Of a DNA stretch of 64,000 nucleotides, positions 38,367 to 51,447 are shown one piece after another; within the stretch, counting starts at the first letter, position 1; each line of letters starts with the position of its first letter. The stretch comes from Tubiluchus corallicola (lineage: Eukaryota; Animalia; Priapulida): contig JAQGDQ010000276.1 in the NCBI GenBank assembly GCA_030141605.1, positions 186,001 to 250,000 on the forward strand. The letters run 5' to 3'. Below the pieces are notes generated by a model, which was given only the letters and a program-made list of their open reading frames with translations, ran no database searches and was not told the DNA's origin. The position numbers were made by a program, and so were the translations under genes.

Positions 38367-41300
38367 GCGAGCTTAGGAAAATTTTCTACTGTGATAATTT
38401 CCAGTTGTTAACTAATATATTTGTAAAAGAAGCTTGCATTTTTACCTAGTCTTTTTTCTAATCAAAGCAAACAATGGATGTGAAATACCTGAATCACTGT
38501 AAAAGAAGTTAAATTCATTTTAATTGTTGCAGTTAAATTTTACTATAAACTTTTCTGACACCATTACGCATTTTTCAGTTTTGTGTTAAATATCTGTCAG
38601 GCGACTATACTGATTTGCAGTTGGGACCTTATTTGAATTTTTTGACATCGACCCCATTGACATTACACACAAAACTGTATGATGCATTTAAACTATGCAT
38701 ATATTCTGTATTTCTACTGTTTATTTTGGGTTTACATCGTTGTTTTATCGTAAGAATGTGTGATGTTTCAAGCAATGAAATCACTAAACATTCTTTCGGC
38801 TTTTTCTGTAACTCAGACAGGTTACTAAACACCGCAAAAGCTCCCCACATGCAGTTTGGTGAACAGTAGCAGGTTCATAATATCATTATAGTACCTAATT
38901 CAATGTCAGCAGTTGTAATTGTAATACTTTTAAAGATGTGATTAGGTAGTGCAGCACTCTACCTAAAAGTTTTAGTTTGGATTAAGAAAATAAATGCACA
39001 TTTGTCAAACATGAGGAACTTTATAAATTTCTAAGTCATTTAAGCATATAATACGTTTTTGTTTATTATTTTAAAGTAAATCATATTATAAAACCTTGTT
39101 CGAATGCACATTATGAAAAGTTGTCAATATTCAGTCAGATAATGTGCATTTCATGAGCAGTTATAAGTTTTTCTTCGGATTTCATAAATTTTCATAATTA
39201 TATTCGAATTTTACTTAATAACTGCCCTATGTGTCTCAGTCAGGCCTTTTGTACTGTATTTCTATTATAAGCACTTCTAAGAGGACAAATTCTACATTTC
39301 ATTTATTGATTTTTCTCAGTTCTCATTCATCCTGGTGTAAAATTACTCCCGGAAAAATCATATATGTTAATATAAGTTGCAATATTTGTCTTCCGCTAAA
39401 AATATGAATAAAGAACAGGAACACAAGGATTCTTTTTAATTCATATCGAGTGCAAATTTACACTATTGCAGTGAAAAGTAACAAGACACTTTCTGGTTTT
39501 TAAAGTGCAGCATGCTTGAAATATATAATCGCATAAAACAGGCTATTGTCCTAATTTATTATAATTGTGATTTATTAAAACTGGATTTAGTTGGAAGGGC
39601 CTTGCCATATGAGAAATAAAAGATAGAATATTACAGTAGTATAAGTTGTTTTGTGCACTTGCAGTAAGTTACATATAGTGACAAGGAATTAGTGCATTTG
39701 ATACTATCTAGGTCAAAATGAAACCTTGAGAATTTATTTACTTTCCCTTTCAACTAAGATTTACTAAAGCTTCACAACAAAGTTAAAAAGTGCATTTCTG
39801 TTTTTGACAAGCATTTTTAGAATCTATATCTCGAGTAATTGATTATTATTCCTTCTTAATCATTGTTAAATTAATTGGCTGTTGTTTGTTTGGTAAAGTC
39901 AATAAGTGTTATACAATATTCAAGTTGCAGATGCTAATTTTACAAACAGTACCACTTTTTCTTTGTGATTAAGATAGGTGTTATCATCCTCAATAATTAT
40001 TGTATTATTAAACTCATAAAGTCCAGTGAAACTTAAAAAGTAGGTATTTAATACAGATAAGTTTAGTTATTTGACCTATTTAAAACTGTTTTGCTTTTAT
40101 GACTAGTATTAGCTATAATTTCTATTGTCAATACTACAAAACTTAATTTATATCATGACATGGTTGTTAATATTTGTGCCATATTGCAGTAACCTTGCTG
40201 CTTGCAGATTTTGCAATATACTAGCGATTAACAAGCATAATGCATTGTCTTTCATCTGTGTATTTGTCGCTTTGTAATTGTTTGGTCACGCACGAAATTC
40301 TGCACTGTGCAGCAAACGTAATTTATAAATAAATAAATATGTTTGTATAAATGTATTTTTGCTTTAGTTTTGTTTACCTAGAAGTTCAAGTTTCTCCTGA
40401 AAACAGAAACAAAATTGTTCAATCTCTAAGAAAAGTAAACCACAATTAATATGTAAGAAGCAATCTATTGAAATAGAAAGCAAGTTTTACATACTTCATT
40501 GGCAAAATTGCCAATGAACTGGTAAAACGAAAAGCAAAAAATGGCCAGGAGTTAGTAATGAATAAAAGTTATTGTAACTTTCTTACCAGTAATTATAGTA
40601 ATCGTCATAGATCATAAACCAAATTTATTATTTAAACAACTGCATATATTCAACATGACAATCGAACCGATTTATGTAAAATGTATGGTAAGTTAATTTA
40701 ATTCATTTTAATAGTTAATTTCTGCAAATAAATAGCACCTATAAACTTATAGGTATTGTCATATTATAGTAAGGTTAGCAGATGATTATTAGTTAATATG
40801 ATAACAAATGTGAAACTATGACAAATTCTATGACTAAATTCCTAATGGATTTTGTCAAGCTACAATATGACTAACATTCATAATTTTTTCTTACTTCTTG
40901 GCTAATTTCAATAATGATTTGCATTTCATAACTGCAGTAATAATACCAAAAACCAAATAAAACTGCATGTTAAGCGTTCATTAGCATGTAAACTGAATTT
41001 GACAAAAGTGCAGGCTTATTGGATCACAGAGCTTTCACCTCATTAAAAACCTGCAACGGAATAAAATTGATAATAAAATTGATTAACTTTCTCAAATAAA
41101 ATCTCAACAATGCTAATGTAAACGTAGCCTTGAATTAAAAACAAACTCATTAAGAAACGGGTACTCTTTCAAGCCAATTACACAAAATAAGAAATTTAAA
41201 TTATTAAGTTACATAAAAGTTACTTGAACAAAAAAATTATATACATGTAATGATCTTATGACTTGTGAGACAGTAAATCAGTTAGTAGTAGGAACAGAAG

Positions 41301-41829
41301 GGATCTACCACAAAGCAGCTAAAAAAGAAGTAAAAAATATGCAGCAAATAAACGATAGTATTTTGGAATATCACTATATAACTGACAGCCACCACTGTAG
41401 CGTACAAAAATGTATCATGAAGTTGTGTGGTGGCTCTCAGAACAGACATTGTTTTTATTTTAGTCAGTTAAAATGGACTTTATATTTTACTGATCCCTTT
41501 ACTGCAGACAGGAGATAAAATTAATTGCATAAAAGACCAATAGATATTTTATAGTGTCATACATTTTGAAACCTGAATAGATTCCCCTCCATTAACATAA
41601 ATGATCAGAAAACAGAACAACATTAACAGCAATTACATGTATCACAAATACATTTACAAGGTATTATAATGTAGTTCTGTCATAAATAGAAGGTATGAAT
41701 GACATAATCGATTGAAACGTTTTGGAATATGACTATGTAATTCCAAATTTGCAGTAGGCTTTCCAATTCGACTATATAACTGCCAAAATGGCAATTTCAA
41801 TTAACTAGTTGGCATCAATTGCCAAGCCT

Positions 41830-44800
41830 CTACTCTTCTTTTCTGCTAGCCCATAGGAATTCGTCACAACCATCTTCATCTGTAATATCAAATAATTAAA
41901 GTTACCTTAAATGTTGGTAACATTGCAAGTATTCTAACATAGTTTCATTTGCTTATAAATGTGAAAGACGTTTATTTACACAAACATTAGCAGGGTGACA
42001 GGCTAGCATTTGAGGCAGAAAGCCATGGTCATGCATAATTTCCATTCTCATGAAAAATATTTGAAGTTCAAATATAGATTTGCCTATTTCTGTACTGATG
42101 CATTCTATTATATTCATCACATTTTTACTTCAGAAATTACAGTGCAGTCAGCTAAGTAGTAACATATAAGAAATATATATGTCGATAACAGCTTGTGACA
42201 TTGGCCCTGGTATTTGCTTAGTAACCTCATCGTCATCATTACCATAATTACTACCTTCCTCACTGAAGTAATCTTTGCCATTATTGTCATCATTACCATC
42301 ATTGTACTCTTTATCAGTCCTACCATCATCACCACTCATTAACCATTTTTATCGTCGTCAACCATGTGCATGACGAAAAACATCCAAAATCATTGATAAC
42401 AACAACAACAGTATGTGTACAGTGTACACTGCATTGGTAGTTGTTCAAGCGAATAAAAGTGAAGCAATTTTACATTAATTTTAATTAATTTGAATTATTT
42501 TACATTAATTAATACACTAGCAAACCAAAATAAATTAATTAGTTAAAATTGGTCCTTTTCATTAAATTTGATAGAATACTTACAAAAAATTCTATGCGGA
42601 AATCAACATAGCTTCTTGCTCATTCTATTTTCAAAATGAACAATTCAAGAAATTTTGGACTCTAATAAATAGCCCTGTTAGAACAGCAGCTTTATGTGCA
42701 AACTTACTTTCATCATTAGTTGACAAGATACTATCGAGACTGTCATAGTCGCCTAAAGAAACTTTGTTCCGTGAAATAATGTCACTAATACCCTTGTCTG
42801 AACCTTGAAGTTTGTCATAGATCAATAATTCGGCTAGCATATCGCACTCGTCACATATTCTAGGTGATTTTCCTGGTCCTCTTGGATAGAAGTCCTCGGC
42901 ATCTAAAGCATATGCACGTACTGCGCCAGCATGATGTATGGGTCGCTCACGTTTCCATATCGGATGATCTGGTGATATCTTCATTACCTGAAAAAAAGGT
43001 TATGTCAAATTTACTATGAATATGCTTATACTAAATATGCTGCAAAAAATAATACCACTGCTTATGTTTCTTTTCAGTCACAAAAATTGGTTCATGTCAG
43101 TTCATGCAAGCACGTACCTTATAATGATTACTAAGACAGAAGTCGTGCAAAATGAACATTGTTTTGTAGCTGTAATAAAACTTAAGAAGTTTATCAGCCA
43201 GAGCCAGTGGCTCTTCAACATTGTAAACTGTAAAGCAAACTATAAGTATTATCTCGTAAAAATGAAGTAAATGTGCCACCAAAAGATCAGTTTACTTGTG
43301 TATCATATGATGTAATCTTTACAGTTTAACTTTACAGGTAAAGTTTTTTACTCAACAATTTTTGTCCTAGTCGTATTTTTGTTGCTGTTGTTGTTGTACA
43401 CACTCACAAAACTGCTAAGACTTCTTAATGAGCGACTGAATCACGGTTAGGTCTAGTAGGCATGCACACTGGGGAACTGCCATACAGTAACGGGGAGTGT
43501 TTCTCGACTGTATCCATTTACATTATATTTTCTGGGTTATGCCAAAAAATATCAAAGTGCTACTTTTCCTCCATTTCTTCGTGAAACTGAATGCGGCTTT
43601 TGATGCTGACATCTAGGTATGCATAACAAGGGTGGAACGGGGAGGAGAATGACAAATTGCAAAAAACTCTGAAACAGGCTAGGGGTTTGGGGGCCGCGTC
43701 CCCATGGGGGTTCAAGGGGGGCGAAGCCCCCTTGGAGCCAGCAACAAATTGCAATTTTGTGACTATAGAAAGCCTCTAAGTGGACTTAAAATATCAGTTA
43801 CCTTGTTTCATGCATAATTTAAAATACCCAACTATCAAGGATACATGATACTTAATTTGCGTAATTCGTCTCAAAAACGCGTAAGTACTGGTCGCTCCTA
43901 TGCAAAAGTATATAAAAACTGTCTGCAATTGACTCAAATAACTCCACACAATTAATTCTATATTTTTATACATAGAGATATACACGTGGTTGCACTGATG
44001 TACGTGATGTAAACAAAGTGACGACCTGCCAACTAGCGGTCACCTTGTGAAATAATGTACTGGGTCCGTAAAAATTTTCTCAAGGAATTTACGCGATTTA
44101 CAAGAATAGCACTACTGGTCTTCCAAAAACTTGGAATTCCGCGTATCTGTGGAAAATTCTCATCCCTGGGGTGGAATGGAGTTGCATGCTCCGTCATTAT
44201 TAAGGAAACCACTACACCGTTTAACATTTGTTATAAATGCTGCTAATACATTGTCGAGTTCTTCACTACCTCTTCACAGCATTTGCGGCTAACAAGTGCC
44301 CTGAAATCAATCCTAATTAACAATTCATCTCGCTTGCGAATGAACTTTGGGTACTCTTTTTTCCACTGCTTTCCTAAGCACCATGGGAAAATCTCATATT
44401 TGTATTCTTCTTCGTCTTCTTCCATGTCATTTGCCAAGTACCTGGAAACAATTACAATACAATACACGTACAGAAGCTTTTTAGCTTCACTAAATTTATA
44501 TTAATTAACTTATATTTTAGAAAACTGGTGAGTGTCAAGCTGTGTTCTATCCCAGATGCGCAAATGTAGCAGCATTATAGTAGCCATTATCCATATGTTA
44601 CAAGAATGCTACAACAAAAGGGAATTTATAAACTTTCAGTTACTGAATCTAAGTAGCAAAAAATTTAAACACTTAGACACTCACGAAAATAAAGCCTTAA
44701 TTTTTAAAGTAACACCTAAAACAAAGATATTAATTTTATGGGCTGCTATTTTAATACCTTTCAGTGCATGAAATTACAAGCTAGTTTCACAAAAAGAGCT

Positions 44801-47800
44801 TTGCTATTTAATTGTACCCTTGTTTGATTTATTCATGCCTATGGCTCATGTACAAGTGTCAGTATGAAAAACCAGGACATTTGAATTTACCATGTACAAA
44901 CTGCATGTATAAAGTCTGCATTTATAACTGTTGTGATAGCCTCATATATCCTCTTTTTAAGGAACAGATTGTCAGTGAAGACAATAAAAACTTCATGTGT
45001 AATAAAGATCATGAATATATCATTCTTTGTTCTTTTGTGAATGAATGAATGCTTGTACGAATGTTTGTGAACGCTATTTCTGTGAGTGAATAAGTTTAAA
45101 AAATTAGGCTATGCTAAGTATACTTACAGTGCCAGGAAGAAGTTAAGTTTTGTATACTCCCTGAGATTGAAGCCAGCTCGCTTGAAATACGTAAATGTCA
45201 TTGCCAGCAAAAACTGTAATAGAGAAAAAATACAAGCAAGTAAAAAAACGTCTGACCTCATAACCTTAGCCTTATCATCATCAGCAGCAGTACTACTGCA
45301 TCATCATCGTCCTCATGAAGAACATTCATCATTATAGGTACTCCATTTGAATATGTCAAATGCTAACACGTTGTGCTTCATTGATCATTTTCCCAATAGG
45401 CCAGAGATGTTTCCCACTAAAGGAGGTAACAGGGAAAATTTTCAAAGCTTATTGTATTAGGTGAAAAGCAAGCAACAGACCTAGCAGTGGTTAATATTTT
45501 TCTGAGTGATTCAAATTTTGATATATTTTCCCATCAGCTATTCATTTTGCATAACTCAAAAACTATTGGTGGAATATAAAACTATAAAATTGGTTCCTTT
45601 GTGGTTTGAGCTGAGAATTGGTTCCTTTGTGGTTTTACCTAACTATAAATCCGTAGTGCATATGTGCTTTGAAGTGTTTTCTTAACCTTCCTTGTCTAGG
45701 TATAGCTCAAAATAATTTAGTAATACTGTGATAAGCACAAAGCCTAGACATTTACCTAAAAACAAGAAGTGATACATACTTTGTCTGATATCTTCATGCA
45801 AGAATCACTCTGTAAAAAAGCAGATACTGTAGGCCCTTCTAAAAAGAAACAATACATATAAATAAACTGTTCATAGAATTGTTGCACTTTCCTACAATGC
45901 TCATATTTGACTCGTAAGCATGAGGTCACGAAAATGATGAAGTTCTGATGTCATAGGATACTCATACGCATGCAGTCACAAGCATGAGAACATAATGATG
46001 TCAGGCTAAGCTCATAATCTACTCATATACATGACCTCATGCAAACATCATAATCATGAGGTCATAGTGAGCTTGTTAACATGAGAAAATAAAATTGTCA
46101 TAATAATGATATCAGACTGGGCTCATAATCTAGTCATGTGTATCACCTCACAGAATTGTCACAATCACGAGGTATCTGTGAGTTCTTGCTGCCTTTGAAA
46201 TTCAGTAAGCATAAAATTAAACTATTTTAAATTTTAAAATAAAAAAATAAACAAAAATCTAAATCTTAGTTGTATGATCATCTTAATAATCATCATCATC
46301 ATCAGTATCATCAGCACAGTCGTCATCATCAGTATCACCATCGCAATTAACATAATCAGCATCATCATTAACATCACCACCAGCACCACCACCACCATCA
46401 TCATTAACACTAGTGCTACATATATAAGTTCCAGGCTGCATAAGATTATGGATATCCATAAAATAAGACCAAAAATCCATAAAATAAAATTTGGAAAATC
46501 CATAAAATAAGAAATGCATAAATATTTTTTTTGTGATTTTTTGTACAAAGTAACGAGTTGTAAGCATTGGTAACACTGCAAACGAACGCTAGAAGGAGAG
46601 AAAGAGAAAGAAAACAAACCAACAAAAGCCCATTTCCGGATTTGCTATTTTACACTGTAGCGGATAGCCCTATAGGCTGAAGCCTAAGGCCCGGGATCAA
46701 AAGGGGCCCGGCAAAATAAAACGAAAAAAATTTTTTTTTGTAAAAAAATAAATTAACAAAAGAGCAAGGGGCCCGCCAAAATAAAATATAGAAACTAAAG
46801 TTACTTTCAGAGTTTCTGATTGGCTTATTTTAGTTGACATCTAACCCAGAAACTCACCAAGCTGTAATCGTGTTTATACAGTCCTAGTCCACAACTCAAG
46901 GATCAAGAAGATATAATTTTTATCACAATCGGTGGGCAAAAACTCACAAAATTAAACAAACTTACAAACGACGAGAGCTCCACAAAAACACGTCAGCTCA
47001 GCAGTGTAGCAACATTTAAAAGGCCTGTTCTAAGCTCAAGCCTAAGGCCCATAAAATCATAATCCGCCGCTGATTTTACATTGTTTTTTTGTTATCAAGA
47101 TGGCGAAGTTTCAACCAAAGCATGAGCTGGAGTTCGGTCTGAAAATAGCTGAGAGAGACCCAGCCATTGCCTCATAAAATTTGATTAAATTTGAAGTGAT
47201 ATGAAACCGATAAAATTAAAACTAAGTCCTGCGTGTTTAAAAACACGTTTCAAGCACTCCTGTTTTTACTTTTTAATTGATTTCCCCTGGGCATCTCGTT
47301 CCAGATATAGTCTATTTTTTATTTTATTGATATCCATAAAATAAAATTTCAAAAATCCATAAAATAAGCGATTTTATTTATTTTATACATATTCATAATC
47401 TTATGCACCCTGTATATAACTGTGGAGGCTACAGCTCCGACGATGGCATCATTTTTAACAATCTGTACGTCAATTCTCAATCCACAGATTTTCGCCATGT
47501 TGTTTTATGAGGTTTAATTGGGACTTTATTTATATACTATATACTTATTTATAAAACTATATACTTACTTACTTACTTGATGAGCCAATGATGACAACGA
47601 TGAGCCATGCATTTTCATGTTATGCGAATTCATCTTCTAAGGTAATTCACCTAGGACTGATTTTTTTGGTTATTCTTTGGTAACTATAGAACCATATTTT
47701 TTGTTGTGTCTAAAACCCAAGTTTTCTCTTACACGTTGAATTTGCATATTATGAAAGCAAGCTCAGAAAATCACAATACATCACAATTACACCATGTCAG

Positions 47801-49527
47801 AGAAATGGTGTTGTACTGAGCTCATGATTATGAGGTCTTCATAAGTTTCATACATGATGTCAGTATGATCTCAGATTGATGAACTCATACATACCTCATG
47901 GCATGACATCAGCATGAGCTCATAACCATGAGATTTCTGTGAACTCTCGACTTGAGGCCAACATGATATCATGGCTTGAGGTCAGTGTGATCTTTAAATG
48001 TGGTTATGAATTTAGGTCAGTATGAGTTCATGATTTTGATGTCATTATGAGCTCAAGCGTGAGGCCACTGTTACATTACTATGACATCAGATTCCTGAAT
48101 GGGACATTAGCTCATTTTGTTTTTAAAACAAATTGCCAAACATGTTAATTAACATGTTTTAAACAACACTTTAAAACAAAAGCGAGTTAGCATCTGAACT
48201 GCAAGCGATAATAGCTAATGGAATTTAAACCAACTACAGCTGTGCAAATTTCCCCCCACCCGCCCCATATCCAAATGCATTAGCTGCCACTTTCATAACT
48301 GTATAAGGAAATAACAGCTTATAGAAAAACAAGCCTTAATAAAAAATACAAAATCATCAATTACCGGCAAAAATATGGAGAAAAAGGCATAGTATTGAAG
48401 CAAGAAGCAAGTTACTACTTCCTGACAGTAAGTAGACAACTAATTCGACTTGCTCATTTGGATGACTCGATTACAAGTAACCTAGTGCCTTCTCCATTCT
48501 GGTAAAACTTATTTGATATATTGCATCACTGTGACACTGCTTGCCTCACGTGAGCAAAACCATTACATACATTTTTCAACAATTATGACCTCATGCAGTT
48601 TGTCATATGTTGTAAGATTGTTTTATACATCTTTCTTCTGAGTAATTAATAAACAAAATAAGTTTGCCAATTCACTACTTTGTGACTGTGACTACTGTGC
48701 CACTTGCATTTAACTTTTCCACATAGTTTAACTTGATAACTTTCAGTGATTTTTTATTAAGCATATGAGCTAAGGTCAGCCACATTCTCTTGAAATTTAT
48801 TTCTCATACTACAGTGACACTGAAGCAAAGACGTGACATTTTTATGTGGATTACCCTAACCTTAGATAATCTGTAACACGCAACATTCTGAAAATGTTTT
48901 TTCCAGAACTGACCAGACCAACAAAGGACGAGAAATTGATGCATGATTTTTAAGCAATATTTTCATTACACCCTTTTGGTGACCTTTGACCTCAATTACA
49001 AGATGGTGACGACAATGACAAAGACGGTAAGCACAGCCTCAAATTCATAACAAAAGAGCAATAAGGAATCATAAAAAAATCTTACCAGCTAAATGAAAAA
49101 ACGTTGACATTTCTTTACTTCGGACAGTAAGATAACAGCATCTCTGCTTTTTCGTAGACTCTGAAAAATCCTTGTTTCGTGCAGAGTTTAAGCTAGGAAA
49201 GTGAGCATATACAATTTTATTACTCTTATCATTTGTCTCGATTAAAATCTTGCTGTTCAGTGGCGGGACACAAAAGTGTCCGGTTTCCATTTCAGAATGC
49301 ATTAGAGAACGTTTAAAAATGTTAATATTTCCACATGCCTGTGTCCGCACCAGACGAGGCTTTACCTGTACCTCCTTTATGCCACCATTCTTAAGGTGAG
49401 CACTAACGACACTTCTGCAAGTAGGTCTAAGTTGCCTATCACGCTGGCAACAACAGTTACTTGTACTGCATTTGCAGCACTGGCAGGAGTCACTCTTAGC
49501 ATCGTCACTGCTGATCATTGCAGACAT
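41830..49527 (-). CDS. SPDYA: Speedy/RINGO cell-cycle regulator (non-cyclin CDK activator), SPDYA-like, 362 aa
   Basis: Minus-strand exons 49527-49086, 45838-45780, 45213-45128, 44441-44270, 42987-42708, 41879-41830 (1089 nt), all GT-AG and phase-compatible. The Speedy box reads [84 protein letters not shown]...RIDFRALVSRKCCEEVMKISPDHPIWKRERPIHHAGAVR...PRGPGKSPRICDEC. The last exon is less certain than the core. Confidence 0.93.
43615..43790. repeat. GC-rich interspersed repeat fragment in Speedy intron
   Basis: ggggtttgggggccgcgtccccatgggggttcaaggggggcgaagccccc: paired GGGG...CCCC hairpins typical of a common invertebrate non-autonomous element. Confidence 0.45.
46275..46405. repeat. (ATC)n/(ACC)n degenerate trinucleotide microsatellite
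   Basis: catcatcatcatcag...caccaccaccaccatcatc; it explains the spurious Ile/Met/Asp-rich ORFs here. Confidence 0.85.
46432..47412 (+). mobile_element. hAT-like internally deleted element hosting a nested MITE
   Basis: TIRs CAGGCTGCATAAGATTATGGATAT / ATATTCATAATCTTATGCACCCTG; repeated subterminal ATCCATAAAATAA; mini-ORF 47100-47177 MAKFQPKHELEFGLKIAERDPAIAS*; TSD only approximate (TATATAAG/TATATAAC). Confidence 0.8.
46655..47072. mobile_element. hAT MITE, 418 bp, nested in the previous element
   Basis: Perfect 8-bp TSD ATTTTACA (46647-46654, 47073-47080); degenerate TIRs CTGTAGCGGAT / ATCCGCCGCTG; subterminal GCCTAAGGCCC and GGGGCCCG motifs. Confidence 0.85.
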
Positions 49528-51229
49528 AAAAAAGGACTAATTTCTGCAAAGATAAAGCAGATTGTAAAAGTCACAATATACAAAACAATCACACATTTTC
49601 ATATGCACCATTCCTAGATACATGCATTATGTTCATGTAAGATCACAGTCTAAAGCAGTCAGTTAAGAACCAGTCACATAATTTTGCTAATCCAATTTTT
49701 TTAACAGCTTAAAAACTACATCTGAGAGAAACATTTAAAATACATCACGCATGGTTACTACAAGATTAACAGAGAAAAATACTTCTTTCTAAATAATCGT
49801 GTTAGTGTTACTAAAGATCCCCGGCTCAAGTTCCTTAAGTCTCGTGCTCGCACAGATATAAAAACAATATTTCTTCACACGCACACACACAAAAATTGAT
49901 ATCATCCTGCTTTGAACAACCTGCATGAATGCTATTAGTGCTGACAACGTGGATAAAAAAATTAAAAAACCGTATGAAGCTGTGTCATTAATGATAACCA
50001 GGCTGCTAGGAACACCAGCAAGGATGGAGTGTACTGCTGTAAGTACAACACATTATTATCGTTTTACGTAGTCAGTATTAGTTAGGCTTGTCAAACACAG
50101 CGGTGCTTAAGTCTAATCTGATAGCAGTTACTTCTTAAACTTTTTATCGACAGTAAGAAACCTCAACCTAAAAATCGTCTGCACGAACATTTTTCCACGA
50201 AACAGCTGTGCCGGCGAAAAAGCCCGAGATGGCAGTGAAAAACACAACTTTTGATTCCCAACGACAATATTAGTTTTGGTTGTTCTACTGTTTCTTGATT
50301 TTATTTCACTCTTGTTTAACACGGCTGTGTACACAAAATTCTCCCACAACAATTTTGCTGTTTTGGTTTATTTTATTTAATTTTCTTCCATATTTTTTCT
50401 CTCTTGGTTACATATTTTGAAGGTACATATTGTTCTTTCTTATTTTAATTATTTTCTTTGTTTGTTTATATTCGTATTATTTTTTGTCGTTGTTGCTACT
50501 TAGTCAAATTATATTTATGTTACTATACATGTTCTGTTCTCATATTTTTTAAATTATCACTCACTGTGTTTTCAGTTTGCTCTATTAATTTTTGTAGTGC
50601 CTAAAACTTTTCATTAATTTAACCTGATACGTGTTACAGTAGCTGACTTGATGACCAATAACTGCTCCCCGCTACCCTTCCTCCTACACCCCTGTAATAC
50701 ATCTTCTGACCTATTCACACCTACACTGCTTCCGAATTATTTTATATACGTAATTAATTTGTGCTTATACCCTATAACTTGTGTATTTGAAGAGGTAAAT
50801 AAAAATTGTCTATGCATTTACTAAATTTTTAACAGGCTTAGTATTTTGTAATTCAAGATTGTTGTTTCGTTGTAGTACACTCAATAGTTGTCATAGAGTT
50901 ACCTTTGTGATAGTTATTTCAGTTCAAATATTTATGTTATCGTTTAGAATATACTAGCAGAAATATTTATTTATTACAACATCGTCTAGTTTAGTCTGGC
51001 TGTGTATATGCCACCAAACGTTAGCATGAATCAGAGCTTTTCCCGCGTTGTCACTCGTGATGTGCCGAGACTTCTGCAGCGTGGTGTTTCAGCGATGATA
51101 ACTTGTAAAAGGATAGTAAGGTTAATTGTTATACAGTAATAATTATTCGTGTACCTAATTTAAATTTTGTATAAAACTGGTATACAGTCTAGGTATCCCT
51201 TCCGACTAATAACGGCACGATACTTTTTA

Positions 51230-51447
51230 ATGCAGTGAAATCTACTAAACGACCTCCAGACAAACCAAAAACAACTTCGATATCAAGAATTAACAAAAAT
51301 TTGTAACAGCTGAGACCAAACCTAACGACAGTATCACAGGAATTTAACATTTTAGCTGCAGATAAGAAACAGTGGAGCGCTCTAATAAACGATGGAGGCT
51401 CTAAGTCTGCAATAGATGTTTAAAGCAACAAAAGACGAAGAAGAAAA
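51230..51447 (+). mobile_element. 3'-end fragment of the same LINE family as 14290-15230
   Basis: aaaccaaaaacaactt...ttagctgcagata...tgg aligns by eye with 15065-15190 (KPKTT...LAAD...W...LIN) and ends in a GAAGAA tail. Confidence 0.65.

Noticed and set aside
42117-42360. Asp/Asn-rich minus ORF that could be an extra acidic Speedy exon
   Set aside because: It derives from a degenerate (CAT)n repeat and lacks convincing splice sites; the flanking exons join in phase without it
45588-45635. 20-bp direct repeat AATTGGTTCCTTTGTGGTTT separated by 8 bp
   Set aside because: Only two copies, a local duplication; not an array or CRISPR-like structure
46234-46617. Hydrophobic Met/Ile-rich and Asp-rich ORFs
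   Set aside because: Translation artefacts of the (ATC)n microsatellite and transposon subterminal repeats
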